A DNA stretch of 63,967 nucleotides from Nitrospira sp. (GCA_039794465.1 JAYWIP010000231.1:1-63967); one strand, 5' to 3'; positions 19,806 through 29,191 are shown, numbered from the stretch's first letter. Numbers and translations: made by a program. Notes: generated by a model from the sequence alone, not told the origin.

Positions 19806-19985
19806 GCCGGCGCCTCCTGTTCAGGGGGTTGCTAAGAGAGTACGCCCGATGCGGGGGGAAGATCAACGGGAACGGGGCCCAGATTATGCTCCTGACTTGA
19901 CAGCCCAGGCTTTGGAGAACGTAGGATGTGGAGACGAAACCCTAAAGGTATCCGATGCCTTTACCCGATGGTCTACGCGCACCCT

Positions 19986-20172
19986 TTAGGGCCACAAACC
20001 AAGCGTGATTCGAACCGCTTCATCGACCGCTGCCAACTCATCCTGGCTGAGTGTTTCAATCCTGGAACGCAAGCAAGACTTATCCAGCGATCGGATCGAT
20101 CCCCCAACGCGCGCAACCGAAGTCACGAGGGCGTTACGGGATACACCAGCTGGAAATACCGGAGAGATGCCA
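19986..20172 (-). pseudogene. Degenerate C-terminal remnant of a PemK/MazF toxin
   Basis: Translation ...SIRSLDKSCLRSRIETLSQDELAAVDEAVRITLGL matches the MazF C-terminal pattern; N-terminus and start missing. Confidence 0.6.
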
Positions 20173-21156
20173 CTACGGCGCCGGGGCGCCTGCTGCGGAA
20201 ACCGCGTCGGGATCTGGCGACGGGATCGCCGGCTGTGTCTCGGATTTGAACGGCAAGTCCAGCAGCGCATAGGGATTCACGCGCGCACCGTTGAGTTTCA
20301 CACCCCAATGGAGATGAGGCCCGGTCGCGCGTCCGGTGGCCCCCACTTTACCGATGATCTGTCCGGTTTTCACCGCCTCCCCGTCCTTGACCAACACGTC
20401 GGACAGATGGAAGTACATTGAGTAGAACCCCAGGCCATGGTCCAGAAAGATGCCTTTGCCTGAGAACACATGATCGACGGTCAGCCGCACGACTCCGTCG
20501 TTTGTCGCCGCCACATCCGTGCCGGTCGGCGCACCGATGTCTTCTCCGTTATGGGGATTGCGGGCCTGGCCGTTCATGATGCGCACACTGCCGAAGATGC
20601 CGGTTCGTTTCCCGCTCACGGGCTCGACAAAACTGGGCTGCCACAGTCTGCTTTGGGAATCAGTTGCGAGGGCCTCTTTCACTTGCTCCTGCTCGGCCTT
20701 CCATCGGGCCAGGCCCTGCTCGTCGAGATCGACCTTGTCCTTGGGCAGTTTCAGGTGCTCGACACGAAATTTCTCTTTGACCACCTCGACACGGTAGGTG
20801 AGCGACCGGCTGTGTCCCGCGCTGGTGACCTGAATGGCCAGTTCGTGCATTCCCGGTTCATCTTGCAGATCGATGCCGAGCAATCCCACAAACCCTTTGG
20901 GCTCACCCGGTCTGGTCTCCGGGAACAACTGCACCGTTCGCCCCAAGAATGTGCCCTGCACACGGGCGGTGTCCTCATCCGTAGGAACCTTGATCACGAG
21001 AATTTGGCCCTGCTTGCCGGTGTATTTCCCGTCGGGCCCGATGGCCGGCCGCGAGCCTGAGAATCCATCGACCGGAAACGCGGCAGCCAGGAGAAACAAC
21101 GCGAGACCGATTGCCCTGCCCGGCTTGATCATTCTCAACTGACGATACGGGGTCAT
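20173..21156 (-). CDS. M23 family metallopeptidase
   Basis: Signal peptide, HNGED (HxxxD), YFHLS, GATGRATGPHLHW. Confidence 0.92.
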   Translation of the reverse strand: MTPYRQLRMIKPGRAIGLALFLLAAAFPVDGFSGSRPAIGPDGKYTGKQGQILVIKVPTDEDTARVQGTFLGRTVQLFPETRPGEPKGFVGLLGIDLQDEPGMHELAIQVTSAGHSRSLTYRVEVVKEKFRVEHLKLPKDKVDLDEQGLARWKAEQEQVKEALATDSQSRLWQPSFVEPVSGKRTGIFGSVRIMNGQARNPHNGEDIGAPTGTDVAATNDGVVRLTVDHVFSGKGIFLDHGLGFYSMYFHLSDVLVKDGEAVKTGQIIGKVGATGRATGPHLHWGVKLNGARVNPYALLDLPFKSETQPAIPSPDPDAVSAAGAPAP

Positions 21157-22547
21157 CGGTAAAATCTCCCTCCCGACATTTGCGACACCAATTCTTCAAC
21201 CCGCCGATTGGAGGCGCTGAAGGGATCCATGCACAGAATCGTTTCTTCCCAGTAGCCGTTCAGCTTCAGATAGGTCCAGTCCACCGTGTACGAGCGGTTC
21301 TTCGCCCTGGCGAACCGGATGAAGTCGCCACGGACCTTGGCCCTCGTTGTTTGCGGCGGTGTAAACATGGCCCGTTGGACCGCGTCCTCTTCCACAATCC
21401 GCTCGATGAGTCCGCGGGATTCCATCAGATAGTAGAGTCCCCTCGTCCGCTTGACGTCATGAAATTGAAGATCGAGCAGGAACACCCGCGGGTCGTCCCA
21501 CCCACACCCTTTCTTGTCCACGTAGCTCTGGATCAGATGTTTTTTGGCCACCCAATCGATGTGATGCGTGAGCTGCATGGGGTCGTCTTCCAGTCTGGCA
21601 AGGACCGTCTCCCACTTGGCATAGACGTCATCGAGAATCGCCTCGTGCGCCTGCTGGTCCAGATACTCTTTGGCACGTTCCAGATACATCCGCTGGATTT
21701 CGACGGCCGTCAGCTGCCGGCCGTCGTCGAGCCTCACTTTCTTCTTGAGCGTCGGATCGCGCGCGATCTCGCGGATTGCCTTGACGGGATCCTCCAACTC
21801 CATCCCGTGCACCGCATAGCCCTCCTCGATCATCGACAGGACCAGCGCCGCCGTGCCCACCTTGAGATAGGTGGCAAACTCCGACATGTTGGAATCGCCG
21901 ACGATGATATGAAGGCGGCGATAGCGTTCGGCGTCGGCATGCGGCTCGTCGCGGGTGTTGATGATGCTGCGCGAGGAGGTGGTCGATGACGACGTCTTTT
22001 CATGAATATGCTGGGCCCGCTGGGAAATGAAATATTGCGGCTTCCCGGAGACCTTGAGCACCTTCCCCGCCCCACTGAAGACCTGACGCGTGACGAAGAA
22101 CGGGATCAGCTGCTCCGTGACTTTCCAAAAATCGACGTCGCGCCGCATCAGAAAATTTTCATGGCAGCCGTAGGTATTGCCCAGCGAATCCGTATTGTTC
22201 TTGAAAATATAGATCTCGCCTGACAGCCCTTCCTCGCGAAGCCGCTCTTCCGCCGCCGGCAGGCAGGCTTCCAGCAGCCGCTCGCCGGCCTTGTCATGGA
22301 TCACGAGATCGAGAATGTTGTCGCACTCCGGCGTGGAGTATTCCGGATGGCACCCGGTATCTTGATAGAATCGCGCCCCGTTGACCAGAAACGCGTTCGA
22401 CGGCCAACTGTTCGGAATGAGCCCCTCGAAGATATACCCCAGTACCTTTTCCATCGGCAGATAGATCCGGCCGTTCGGCGAAAAGATCAGGCCGTACTCG
22501 TTCTCTAGGCCGAAGATGCGCTGTTTTATGGGACCTGGATACGTCAT
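21153..22547 (-). CDS. pafA: Pup--protein ligase
   Basis: RIFGLENEYG, NGARFYQDTGCHPEYSTPEC, YGCHENF, RSIINTRDEPHAD, RLHIIVGDSNMSE, VDW; no Dop loop. Confidence 0.95.
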   Translation of the reverse strand: MTYPGPIKQRIFGLENEYGLIFSPNGRIYLPMEKVLGYIFEGLIPNSWPSNAFLVNGARFYQDTGCHPEYSTPECDNILDLVIHDKAGERLLEACLPAAEERLREEGLSGEIYIFKNNTDSLGNTYGCHENFLMRRDVDFWKVTEQLIPFFVTRQVFSGAGKVLKVSGKPQYFISQRAQHIHEKTSSSTTSSRSIINTRDEPHADAERYRRLHIIVGDSNMSEFATYLKVGTAALVLSMIEEGYAVHGMELEDPVKAIREIARDPTLKKKVRLDDGRQLTAVEIQRMYLERAKEYLDQQAHEAILDDVYAKWETVLARLEDDPMQLTHHIDWVAKKHLIQSYVDKKGCGWDDPRVFLLDLQFHDVKRTRGLYYLMESRGLIERIVEEDAVQRAMFTPPQTTRAKVRGDFIRFARAKNRSYTVDWTYLKLNGYWEETILCMDPFSASNRRVEELVSQMSGGRFYR

Positions 22548-22616
22548 GGGTGTCGCAATCAGATTACACGGCCATCCGCCGTTCTTCAACAGATGGGGAG
22601 GATTGAGCGGGACGGA

Positions 22617-23303
22617 TCAGGCGGAGAGGAGCCGGCGAACGTCGCTCACCGGCACACGGCGGAATTTTCGACCCACTCGATGGCGTTCCAGGACGGCCAC
22701 TTCAAGCCCTTCGGGGGCCAGTTTGAGATTGGCGGTCTGCTCCAGCGCCGAGACACAGCGGGACAACGCAGCGGCCAAGGACGGAGGCTCACTCGAGCTT
22801 TTTTCCTTCAACACGGCTTGGACGGCGTCGGATTTTCCGCCGATCACTGAGAAGTTCTTCTCGTCAATGATGCTTCCATCGAAGGAAATCCGGTAGATTT
22901 CGTTCGGCTGGGCGTCGGCGCCGACCTGTACCACGAGAATTTCGACTTCCAGCGGTTTGGCGTCTTGGCCAAACACGGTGCCCAGGCTTTGGGAATACCC
23001 GTTCGCCAGCGACCGGCCGGTCACATCCTCGCGGCTGTACATGAACCCTTTGAGATCGGCATGCCGAATGCCGGCCTTCCGGAGATTCTCAAATTCGCTG
23101 TATTTGCCCGCACCGGCGAAGGCAATGCAGTCATAGATTTCCGACACTTTGTGGAGAGACGCACTCGGATTGTCCGCCGTCAGCAGGACGCCCTCGTCAT
23201 ATTCCATCGCGATAATCGAACGGCCTTTGGCGATGCCTTTTCTGGCATACTCCGCCTTGTCCTGCATCATCTGTTCTGGAGAGACGTAGTACGGCAACGG
23301 CAT
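22617..23303 (-). CDS. prcA: 20S proteasome alpha subunit
   Basis: PYYVSPEQMMQDKAEYARKGIAKGRS, LHKVSEIYD, LEVAVLER. Confidence 0.96.
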   Translation of the reverse strand: MPLPYYVSPEQMMQDKAEYARKGIAKGRSIIAMEYDEGVLLTADNPSASLHKVSEIYDCIAFAGAGKYSEFENLRKAGIRHADLKGFMYSREDVTGRSLANGYSQSLGTVFGQDAKPLEVEILVVQVGADAQPNEIYRISFDGSIIDEKNFSVIGGKSDAVQAVLKEKSSSEPPSLAAALSRCVSALEQTANLKLAPEGLEVAVLERHRVGRKFRRVPVSDVRRLLSA

Positions 23304-23305
23304 GG

Positions 23306-24121
23306 TTACGTCTCCCTCGATCGACGCAGGTCGATCATGCCGTCGTACACCGCGCGAATCTGATCGCCCGGCACATCGGCAATGCCTTGCGCCGTCACGA
23401 ATTTGGCCGTGGGATAAATCCCGCGGACGAAATCCGGACCGCCCGTACCCACATCATCGTCGGCAGCATTGTACAATGCCGTCAGCGCCAATGTGAGCGC
23501 ATCCGCCTCCGGCAGATTCTTTTGAAAATGCTCCCGCATGGTGTTCCGGGCATCTTTGCCCCCCGAGCCGATCGCGTGGTACTCCGACTCTTCGTACCGC
23601 CCTCCCGTAATGTCGTACTTGAAGATGCGCCCTTCCGTACGCGCCGCATCATACCCGACAAACAGAGGCATCACGACGAGGCCCTGGAACACCATCGGCA
23701 GGTTGGCTTTGACCATTTGGCTGAGCTTGTTGGCCTTCCCTTCGCAGGACAGCGGCATCCCTTCCAATTTCTCATAATGTTCCAGCTCGGTTTGCAACAG
23801 CTTGGCCATTTCAATACAGGGCCCTGCGGCACCGGCAATCGCCATGGCGGAGAATTCATCGATCTTGAATACCTTTTCAATACGGCGATCGGCAATCTGA
23901 AATCCCTCTGTTGCCCGGCGATCGCCGGCGATGACCACCCCCCGTTGATACTTGATGGCCAACACCGTTGTGGCCTGAGGCACCGCCAGTGAAACACCCG
24001 CACGATCCGGCTGATTCGAAGGCATTGATCCCTGGCCGCCCGGCATCAACCCAGGATGGTACTGCGACACAAAGTTGAAAAAGCTGGAGTCGTCGTGATT
24101 CGGGAAATACGGCAGTTTCAT
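23306..24121 (-). CDS. prcB: 20S proteasome beta subunit with propeptide
   Basis: Mature N-terminus TTVLA, AGDRRAT, IAGAAG, ELEHYEKLEG, GSGG, DDDVGTGG. Confidence 0.96.
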   Translation of the reverse strand: MKLPYFPNHDDSSFFNFVSQYHPGLMPGGQGSMPSNQPDRAGVSLAVPQATTVLAIKYQRGVVIAGDRRATEGFQIADRRIEKVFKIDEFSAMAIAGAAGPCIEMAKLLQTELEHYEKLEGMPLSCEGKANKLSQMVKANLPMVFQGLVVMPLFVGYDAARTEGRIFKYDITGGRYEESEYHAIGSGGKDARNTMREHFQKNLPEADALTLALTALYNAADDDVGTGGPDFVRGIYPTAKFVTAQGIADVPGDQIRAVYDGMIDLRRSRET

Positions 24122-24142
24122 AACGTATCTAGGGTTGGCGTG

Positions 24143-25642
24143 TCAGGCCTTCAGCTTCTCAATGAGGGCATCAACTGTCTCAACCGCATCGAGCAATCCA
24201 CCGGTCAACGCCTGTGTCCCGCGATGGGGGTCCATCAACGGGATTTTCTTGATGGTCGTGTTGCCCACGTCGAACAATACCGAAGTCCAACTCGCGCCAT
24301 ACAGTGACGCGGCGAACTTGGCGGCGCAACGGCCCCGGAAATATGCTCTGGTACCGGGCGGCGGCGTACATTCGGCCTGCCGGATTTCAGCTTCTTCCAC
24401 CACCCGCTCAATATGGTTGCCGCGTTCCAGCGTGTAGAAAAGCCCTCTCTCCGGACGAATATCGTGGTACTGAAGGTCCATCAGCTTGGTGCGAGGATCG
24501 TCCCACCCGCAACCTTTCCGATCCATGTACGATTCAATCAGATGGCGCTTGGCCACCCAATCCAACTCCCTCACCAACAGCCGCGGGTCTTGTTCGAGTT
24601 TGTTCAGCACGTCCTCCCAGCGGGCGAGCACTTCCTGTGTCGCCTGCGTTGAACCGCGCGCGGCGTACGAGGCCGTTGCAGCCGCGAGATAGGCGCGCTG
24701 AATCGCCAGCGCGGTCGTCGGACGCCCCCCTGCCAGCTTGATCGTTTGCTTCATCTCCAGATCGCGCGAGACTTGTTTGAATACCCGAACCGGCTCCTCC
24801 AGTTCCACCTGCGGCAACTCAGCACCGGCTTCCAACAGCTCCAGCACGATGTCCAAGGTTCCCACCTTCAGATAGGTGGAGATCTCCGCCATATTGGCAT
24901 CGCCCACGATGACATGGAGCCGGCGAGACTTGGCGTAATCGGCATGCGGCTCGTCGCGTGAATTGATGATCGGCCGCTTGACCATCGTATTCAGATCGAC
25001 CAGGCACTCAAAAAAATCGGCGCGCTGGGAGATTTGATACTCGGCTGGAGCGGTCTGATTCTCCGCGCCGACCTTTCCGGCCCCGGCAAAGATCGGCCTC
25101 GTCACCAAGAACGGCGTGAGCACCCGGACAATCTTTTCGAACGGCACCGCCCGTGAGACCAGGTAGTTCTCATGGTACCCGTAGCTATTGCCCTTTCCGT
25201 CGGAGTTGTTCTTGTACAAGAGATACTGTTCGCTCCCCCGCACCTTCGCGAGTTCCTGAAGACTCTGCGCAAGGATCCGTTCTCCAATCCGCTCGAACGC
25301 CACCACCTCCCTCGGAGTCGAACACTCCGGCGTGGAGTACTCCGGATGGGCGCCATCGACGTACAACCGCCCGCCGTTGGCGAGGACTTTGTTGAGCTGC
25401 CGGTTGTAATCAGGATTCGGCCGCTCGCGCTCCCCATCGACTTCGAATCCTCGGGCGTCTACAAGTGGATTCTCGTTTTCGTAGTCCCAGATCGCGTTTG
25501 GGGCAGGCAGTCCCCGATAGTGCCCGATGACGGCAATGGAGGCGGTCACGGGATCCGCCGCAGCACGCGCCGTCGCCGCGATGCCGAACTCCGTTTCCGT
25601 ACCCAGCACTCGTGCGCGATTCGTCGAGGTCTGTTCCTGCAT
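24143..25642 (-). CDS. dop: Pup deamidase/depupylase
   Basis: VLGTETEFG, Dop loop WDYENENPLVDARGF, NNSDGKGNSYGYHENY, SQRADFFE, RPIINSRDEPHAD. Confidence 0.93.
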   Translation of the reverse strand: MQEQTSTNRARVLGTETEFGIAATARAAADPVTASIAVIGHYRGLPAPNAIWDYENENPLVDARGFEVDGERERPNPDYNRQLNKVLANGGRLYVDGAHPEYSTPECSTPREVVAFERIGERILAQSLQELAKVRGSEQYLLYKNNSDGKGNSYGYHENYLVSRAVPFEKIVRVLTPFLVTRPIFAGAGKVGAENQTAPAEYQISQRADFFECLVDLNTMVKRPIINSRDEPHADYAKSRRLHVIVGDANMAEISTYLKVGTLDIVLELLEAGAELPQVELEEPVRVFKQVSRDLEMKQTIKLAGGRPTTALAIQRAYLAAATASYAARGSTQATQEVLARWEDVLNKLEQDPRLLVRELDWVAKRHLIESYMDRKGCGWDDPRTKLMDLQYHDIRPERGLFYTLERGNHIERVVEEAEIRQAECTPPPGTRAYFRGRCAAKFAASLYGASWTSVLFDVGNTTIKKIPLMDPHRGTQALTGGLLDAVETVDALIEKLKA

Positions 25643-25651
25643 GAGATTTAG

Positions 25652-27421
25652 TTAGAGGTAGTGCCCGGTGGTGACGGTTTCAATCTGTCGGGATTCGTTC
25701 GGCCCGCCGCTGATCGTCCGAAGATGCACGATCTTCTCGCCTTTCTTGCCGGCGACCTTCGCCCAATCATCCGGGTTGGTCGTATTCGGAAGGTCTTCGT
25801 GCTCCTTGAATTCTTCACGGATGGCCCGCACCAGATCGTCCGACCGGAGACCTTGTCCTTCCTGGGCGATGGCCCGCTTCACGGCGAATTTTTTCGCGCG
25901 TGACACAATGCCTTCGATCAGCGCGCCGCTGGCGAAATCTTTGAAATACAGCACTTCCTTCTCGCCGTTGGCGTAGGTGACTTCAATAAATTTGTTTTCT
26001 TCACTCGGGGCATACATGGTCTCTACCGTCCTCGCGATCAGCCGATCCACGAGCGCCTGCCGATCGCCTCCATAACGGTCCACCTCGTCCTGAGCGAACG
26101 GCAGATCTGCCGACACATACTTCGAGAAAATGTCCCGCGCGGCGGTCGCGTCCGGACGTCCGACTTTGACTTTCACATCCAACCGCCCGGCGCGGAGCAC
26201 GGCGGGGTCGATCAAATCCTGTCGGTTGCTCGCCCCGATCACGATCACGTTGCGCAACCGCTCGACTCCGTCGATCTCGGAGAGGAACTGCGGCACGATC
26301 GTCGACTCGATATCAGATGAAATCCCCGTGCCCCGAGTCCTGAAGAGCGCGTCCATTTCATCGAAAAAGACGATCACCGGATGACCGTCCTCCGCGCGCT
26401 CTTTCGCTTTCTTGAAGACCTCGCGCACTTGCCGTTCAGATTCGCCGACGTACTTATTGAGCAGTTCCGGCCCTTTCACGTGCAGGAAATAGCTGCGAAT
26501 CTCTTTCCCCGCGCGAGAACCCAATTTCTTGGCAATCGAGTTGGCAACGGCCTTGGCAATGAGCGTCTTCCCGCAGCCAGGCGGCCCGTAGAGCAGCACG
26601 CCTTTGGGCGCACTCAGTTTGTATTCGGCAAAAATGTGCGGATGGAGGAAGGGCAATTCGACTGCGTCGCGGACCTGCTCCAATTCTTTCTGGAGGCCGC
26701 CGATGTGTTCATAATCGACGTCCGGAACCTCTTCCAATACGAGTTCTTCCGCTTCTGACTTGGGCAATTTTTCAATCACATACCCGGAGCGAGGGTCGTA
26801 CAGCAGATGGTCGCCGACGCTCAGCCGTTCGACGAGTAGCGGGTCGCCCAGTTCCGCGACTTTTTCCTCGTCGAAATGGAGCGTCACGAGTGCGCGCCCC
26901 CCCTCCAGCACGTCCTTCAGGCGGACGACCTCACCCTGGCTGTCGAACCCCTTGGTCTCGATGACGTTGAGCGCCTCGTTCAGGATGACTTCCTGCCCCT
27001 TCCGCAGCTGCGCGCTCTTAATGGAGGGATGAAGGCTGACTTTCATTTTCCGTCCCGATACGAACACCGTGCCCGTGCCGTCTTCGTTGAGGCAGGAAAA
27101 AATCGCGTACGCAGACGGCGGCGCCGTCAGCTTGTCCACTTCGGCGCGCAAGGCTTCGATCTGGGCCTTGGCTTCGTGCAGGGTGGCAACGAGCTTTTCG
27201 TTCTGCTTGTTGGCTTGTTCGAGCTGGTAGCGTGACTGATACAGCCGGCGGATTTCCTCTTCCATCGACTGGATTTGTACGCGCAGCTTGTCGACTTCCC
27301 GCGCATGCTCGTCGTTCTTGTGTATCATGTCCGCGTCACCATCGGACAACTGTTGCGTGATTTTCTTGACGGAATCCCGAAGAGACCGAAATCGGTTCGA
27401 CCGCCCCTTGCTGTCTCCCAT
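25652..27421 (-). CDS. arc: Proteasome-associated AAA+ ATPase (ARC/Mpa)
   Basis: Coiled coil, OB domains, GPPGCGKT, ELLNKYVGESER, DLPNTTNPDDWA, C-terminal GHYL; SD ggagg before ATG 27421. Confidence 0.96.
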   Translation of the reverse strand: MGDSKGRSNRFRSLRDSVKKITQQLSDGDADMIHKNDEHAREVDKLRVQIQSMEEEIRRLYQSRYQLEQANKQNEKLVATLHEAKAQIEALRAEVDKLTAPPSAYAIFSCLNEDGTGTVFVSGRKMKVSLHPSIKSAQLRKGQEVILNEALNVIETKGFDSQGEVVRLKDVLEGGRALVTLHFDEEKVAELGDPLLVERLSVGDHLLYDPRSGYVIEKLPKSEAEELVLEEVPDVDYEHIGGLQKELEQVRDAVELPFLHPHIFAEYKLSAPKGVLLYGPPGCGKTLIAKAVANSIAKKLGSRAGKEIRSYFLHVKGPELLNKYVGESERQVREVFKKAKERAEDGHPVIVFFDEMDALFRTRGTGISSDIESTIVPQFLSEIDGVERLRNVIVIGASNRQDLIDPAVLRAGRLDVKVKVGRPDATAARDIFSKYVSADLPFAQDEVDRYGGDRQALVDRLIARTVETMYAPSEENKFIEVTYANGEKEVLYFKDFASGALIEGIVSRAKKFAVKRAIAQEGQGLRSDDLVRAIREEFKEHEDLPNTTNPDDWAKVAGKKGEKIVHLRTISGGPNESRQIETVTTGHYL

Positions 27422-27480
27422 GCCTCCACTCGGCGATTCGCCCATAACGGCGGTGAGAGCACATTGTGCATCCGTGTCGG

Positions 27481-27509
27481 ATTCTAACACCCGACCTAGG
27501 GGTGGTCAA
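27481..27509 (-). promoter_or_regulatory. Sigma70-type promoter of the arc-dop-prc-pafA operon
   Basis: Minus strand TTGACC-17 bp-TAGAAT with extended -10 TG. Confidence 0.65.
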
Positions 27510-27557
27510 CTAGAGTGCGCGATCGTGCGCGAGACAATGCAGAGATGCGACGAACAG

Positions 27558-28184
27558 TTACGACATCAACGACGCCAGCAGATCACGTGTCGCCGCAGCA
27601 ACATTGTCGCGAGTCAGAATCGCCCCGATCACGGCGACACCATGAGCGCCGGCCTGGCGGACAGCGGGCACCGATGCACTTGTCACACCGCCCACGGCGA
27701 ACACTGGAATGGCCGACCGACGGCATGCTTCGGCCAGTGCCCCCAATCCCAGCGGAGGCCCGAACGACCGCTTCGACGGCGTGTCGAAAATCGGACCGAA
27801 CAGCACATAGTCCGCCCCATCCCGATTCGCGCGTTCTACCTCGCCGATGGAATGTGTCGAGACACCGACGAGACGATCGAGTCCGACCAACCGGCGCGCA
27901 ACGGACACCGGCAAACTGTTTGCCCGCAGATGCACACCGTCCGCGTTCATGGCCAACACAAGATCGACACGATCGTTCACAATCAACGGAACCGCGCGCG
28001 GCGCCGTCATCGATTGAATCTCGCGCGCCCGCGCAAGCAATTCGCCGGTCGACAGATCACGTTCCCGAAGCTGGACGGCGGGCAATCCGGCGTTGACAGC
28101 TTTTTGAATGAGAGATGAAAGGGATCGACCAGCCGTTTGGGTCCGGTCGGTCACGAGGAGCAGACGGAAACTAACGGACCGCAT
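27558..28184 (-). CDS. thiE: Thiamine phosphate synthase (ThiE/TenI family)
   Basis: VQLRERD, IVNDRVDL, DGVHL, GVSTH, GPIFDTPSK, AVGG. Confidence 0.85.
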   Translation of the reverse strand: MRSVSFRLLLVTDRTQTAGRSLSSLIQKAVNAGLPAVQLRERDLSTGELLARAREIQSMTAPRAVPLIVNDRVDLVLAMNADGVHLRANSLPVSVARRLVGLDRLVGVSTHSIGEVERANRDGADYVLFGPIFDTPSKRSFGPPLGLGALAEACRRSAIPVFAVGGVTSASVPAVRQAGAHGVAVIGAILTRDNVAAATRDLLASLMS

Positions 28185-28237
28185 TTGAGAAACAGGTAAG
28201 GGGTGAAGAGTGAGGCGTGAGGCGTTTCACAAGTGCC

Positions 28238-28410
28238 AGCAGGATGGTCAAAAAGCCCGCTGATCTCACCCGCCCAACCCCGGCGCGCCAAGACGCGCCA
28301 CGCCGCGGGCTCAGCCGAAGCGAGCGAAGAGGCGAGGCATACTGTGAGTCGTATGTTGAGCCTCTGAGCGACGCGAGAACAAAGCTGGAGGGCTTTTTCA
28401 CCATCCTACT
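28238..28410. mobile_element. MITE-like element with ~18-21 bp terminal inverted repeats
   Basis: aggatggtcaaaaagccc (28241-58) / gggctttttcaccatcct (28390-407), one mismatch; core cgaggcatact...gtatgt shared with the 18024 element. Confidence 0.75.
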
Positions 28411-29182
28411 AGAGCATGCCTTCGATCGGGCTACTGGCCGTCGCATAGAGTTTTCTGGGAATCCGACCGGCCTTGTAGGCCAATCGGCCTGCCCACACCG
28501 CGTATTTCATGGCTTCCGCCATCGCAAGCGGATTCTGCGCACCGGCAATGGCCGTGTTCATGAGCACCGCATCGGCCCCATATTCCATCGCCAGCGCCGC
28601 ATCGGACGCTGTCCCGACGCCGGCATCGACGATCACCGGGACCGTAACGGACTCCATGAGGATTTTCAGGTTATACGGGTTTCGGATGCCCAGGCCGGAC
28701 CCGATCGGCGCGGCCAACGGCATGACCGCCGGACATCCAATATCCACCAACTTCTTCGCCACGATCGGATCATCATTGGTGTAGGGCAGCACAATGAATC
28801 CTTCTTTAATGAGAATCTTCGCCGCCTCGATCAGACCCGCCGTATCGGGGAACAAGGTTTTCTCATCGCCGAGCACTTCCAGTTTGATCAGGTCGGAGAC
28901 ACCGGCTGCGCGGGCCAAACGGGAATATCGCACCGCATCCTCCACCGTGTAACAACCGGCCGTGTTGGGCAGGATGGTGTACTTCTTAGGGTCGATGTAA
29001 TCGAGCAGGTTGTCCTTTGAGCGGTCGGTAATGTTCACACGGCGCACCGCCACCGTCACGACATCAGCACCGGACGCTTCGATGGCCTTTTGCGTTTCGA
29101 CGAAATCCTTGTACTTGCCCGTTCCGACCCAGAGCCGGGACTTGAACTCACGTCCTGCGATCATCAACCGATCGTCTGCCAT
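28409..29182 (-). CDS. thiG: Thiazole synthase
   Basis: [46 protein letters not shown]. Confidence 0.97.
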   Translation of the reverse strand: MADDRLMIAGREFKSRLWVGTGKYKDFVETQKAIEASGADVVTVAVRRVNITDRSKDNLLDYIDPKKYTILPNTAGCYTVEDAVRYSRLARAAGVSDLIKLEVLGDEKTLFPDTAGLIEAAKILIKEGFIVLPYTNDDPIVAKKLVDIGCPAVMPLAAPIGSGLGIRNPYNLKILMESVTVPVIVDAGVGTASDAALAMEYGADAVLMNTAIAGAQNPLAMAEAMKYAVWAGRLAYKAGRIPRKLYATASSPIEGML

Positions 29183-29191
29183 AGTAACCTC

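Noticed and set aside
19897-19927. TTGACA...TAGGAT promoter candidate
   Set aside because: 19-bp spacer and no credible downstream plus-strand gene
28217-29020. 267-aa plus-strand ORF
   Set aside because: Begins at the MITE and continues antisense to thiG; no transposase motifs
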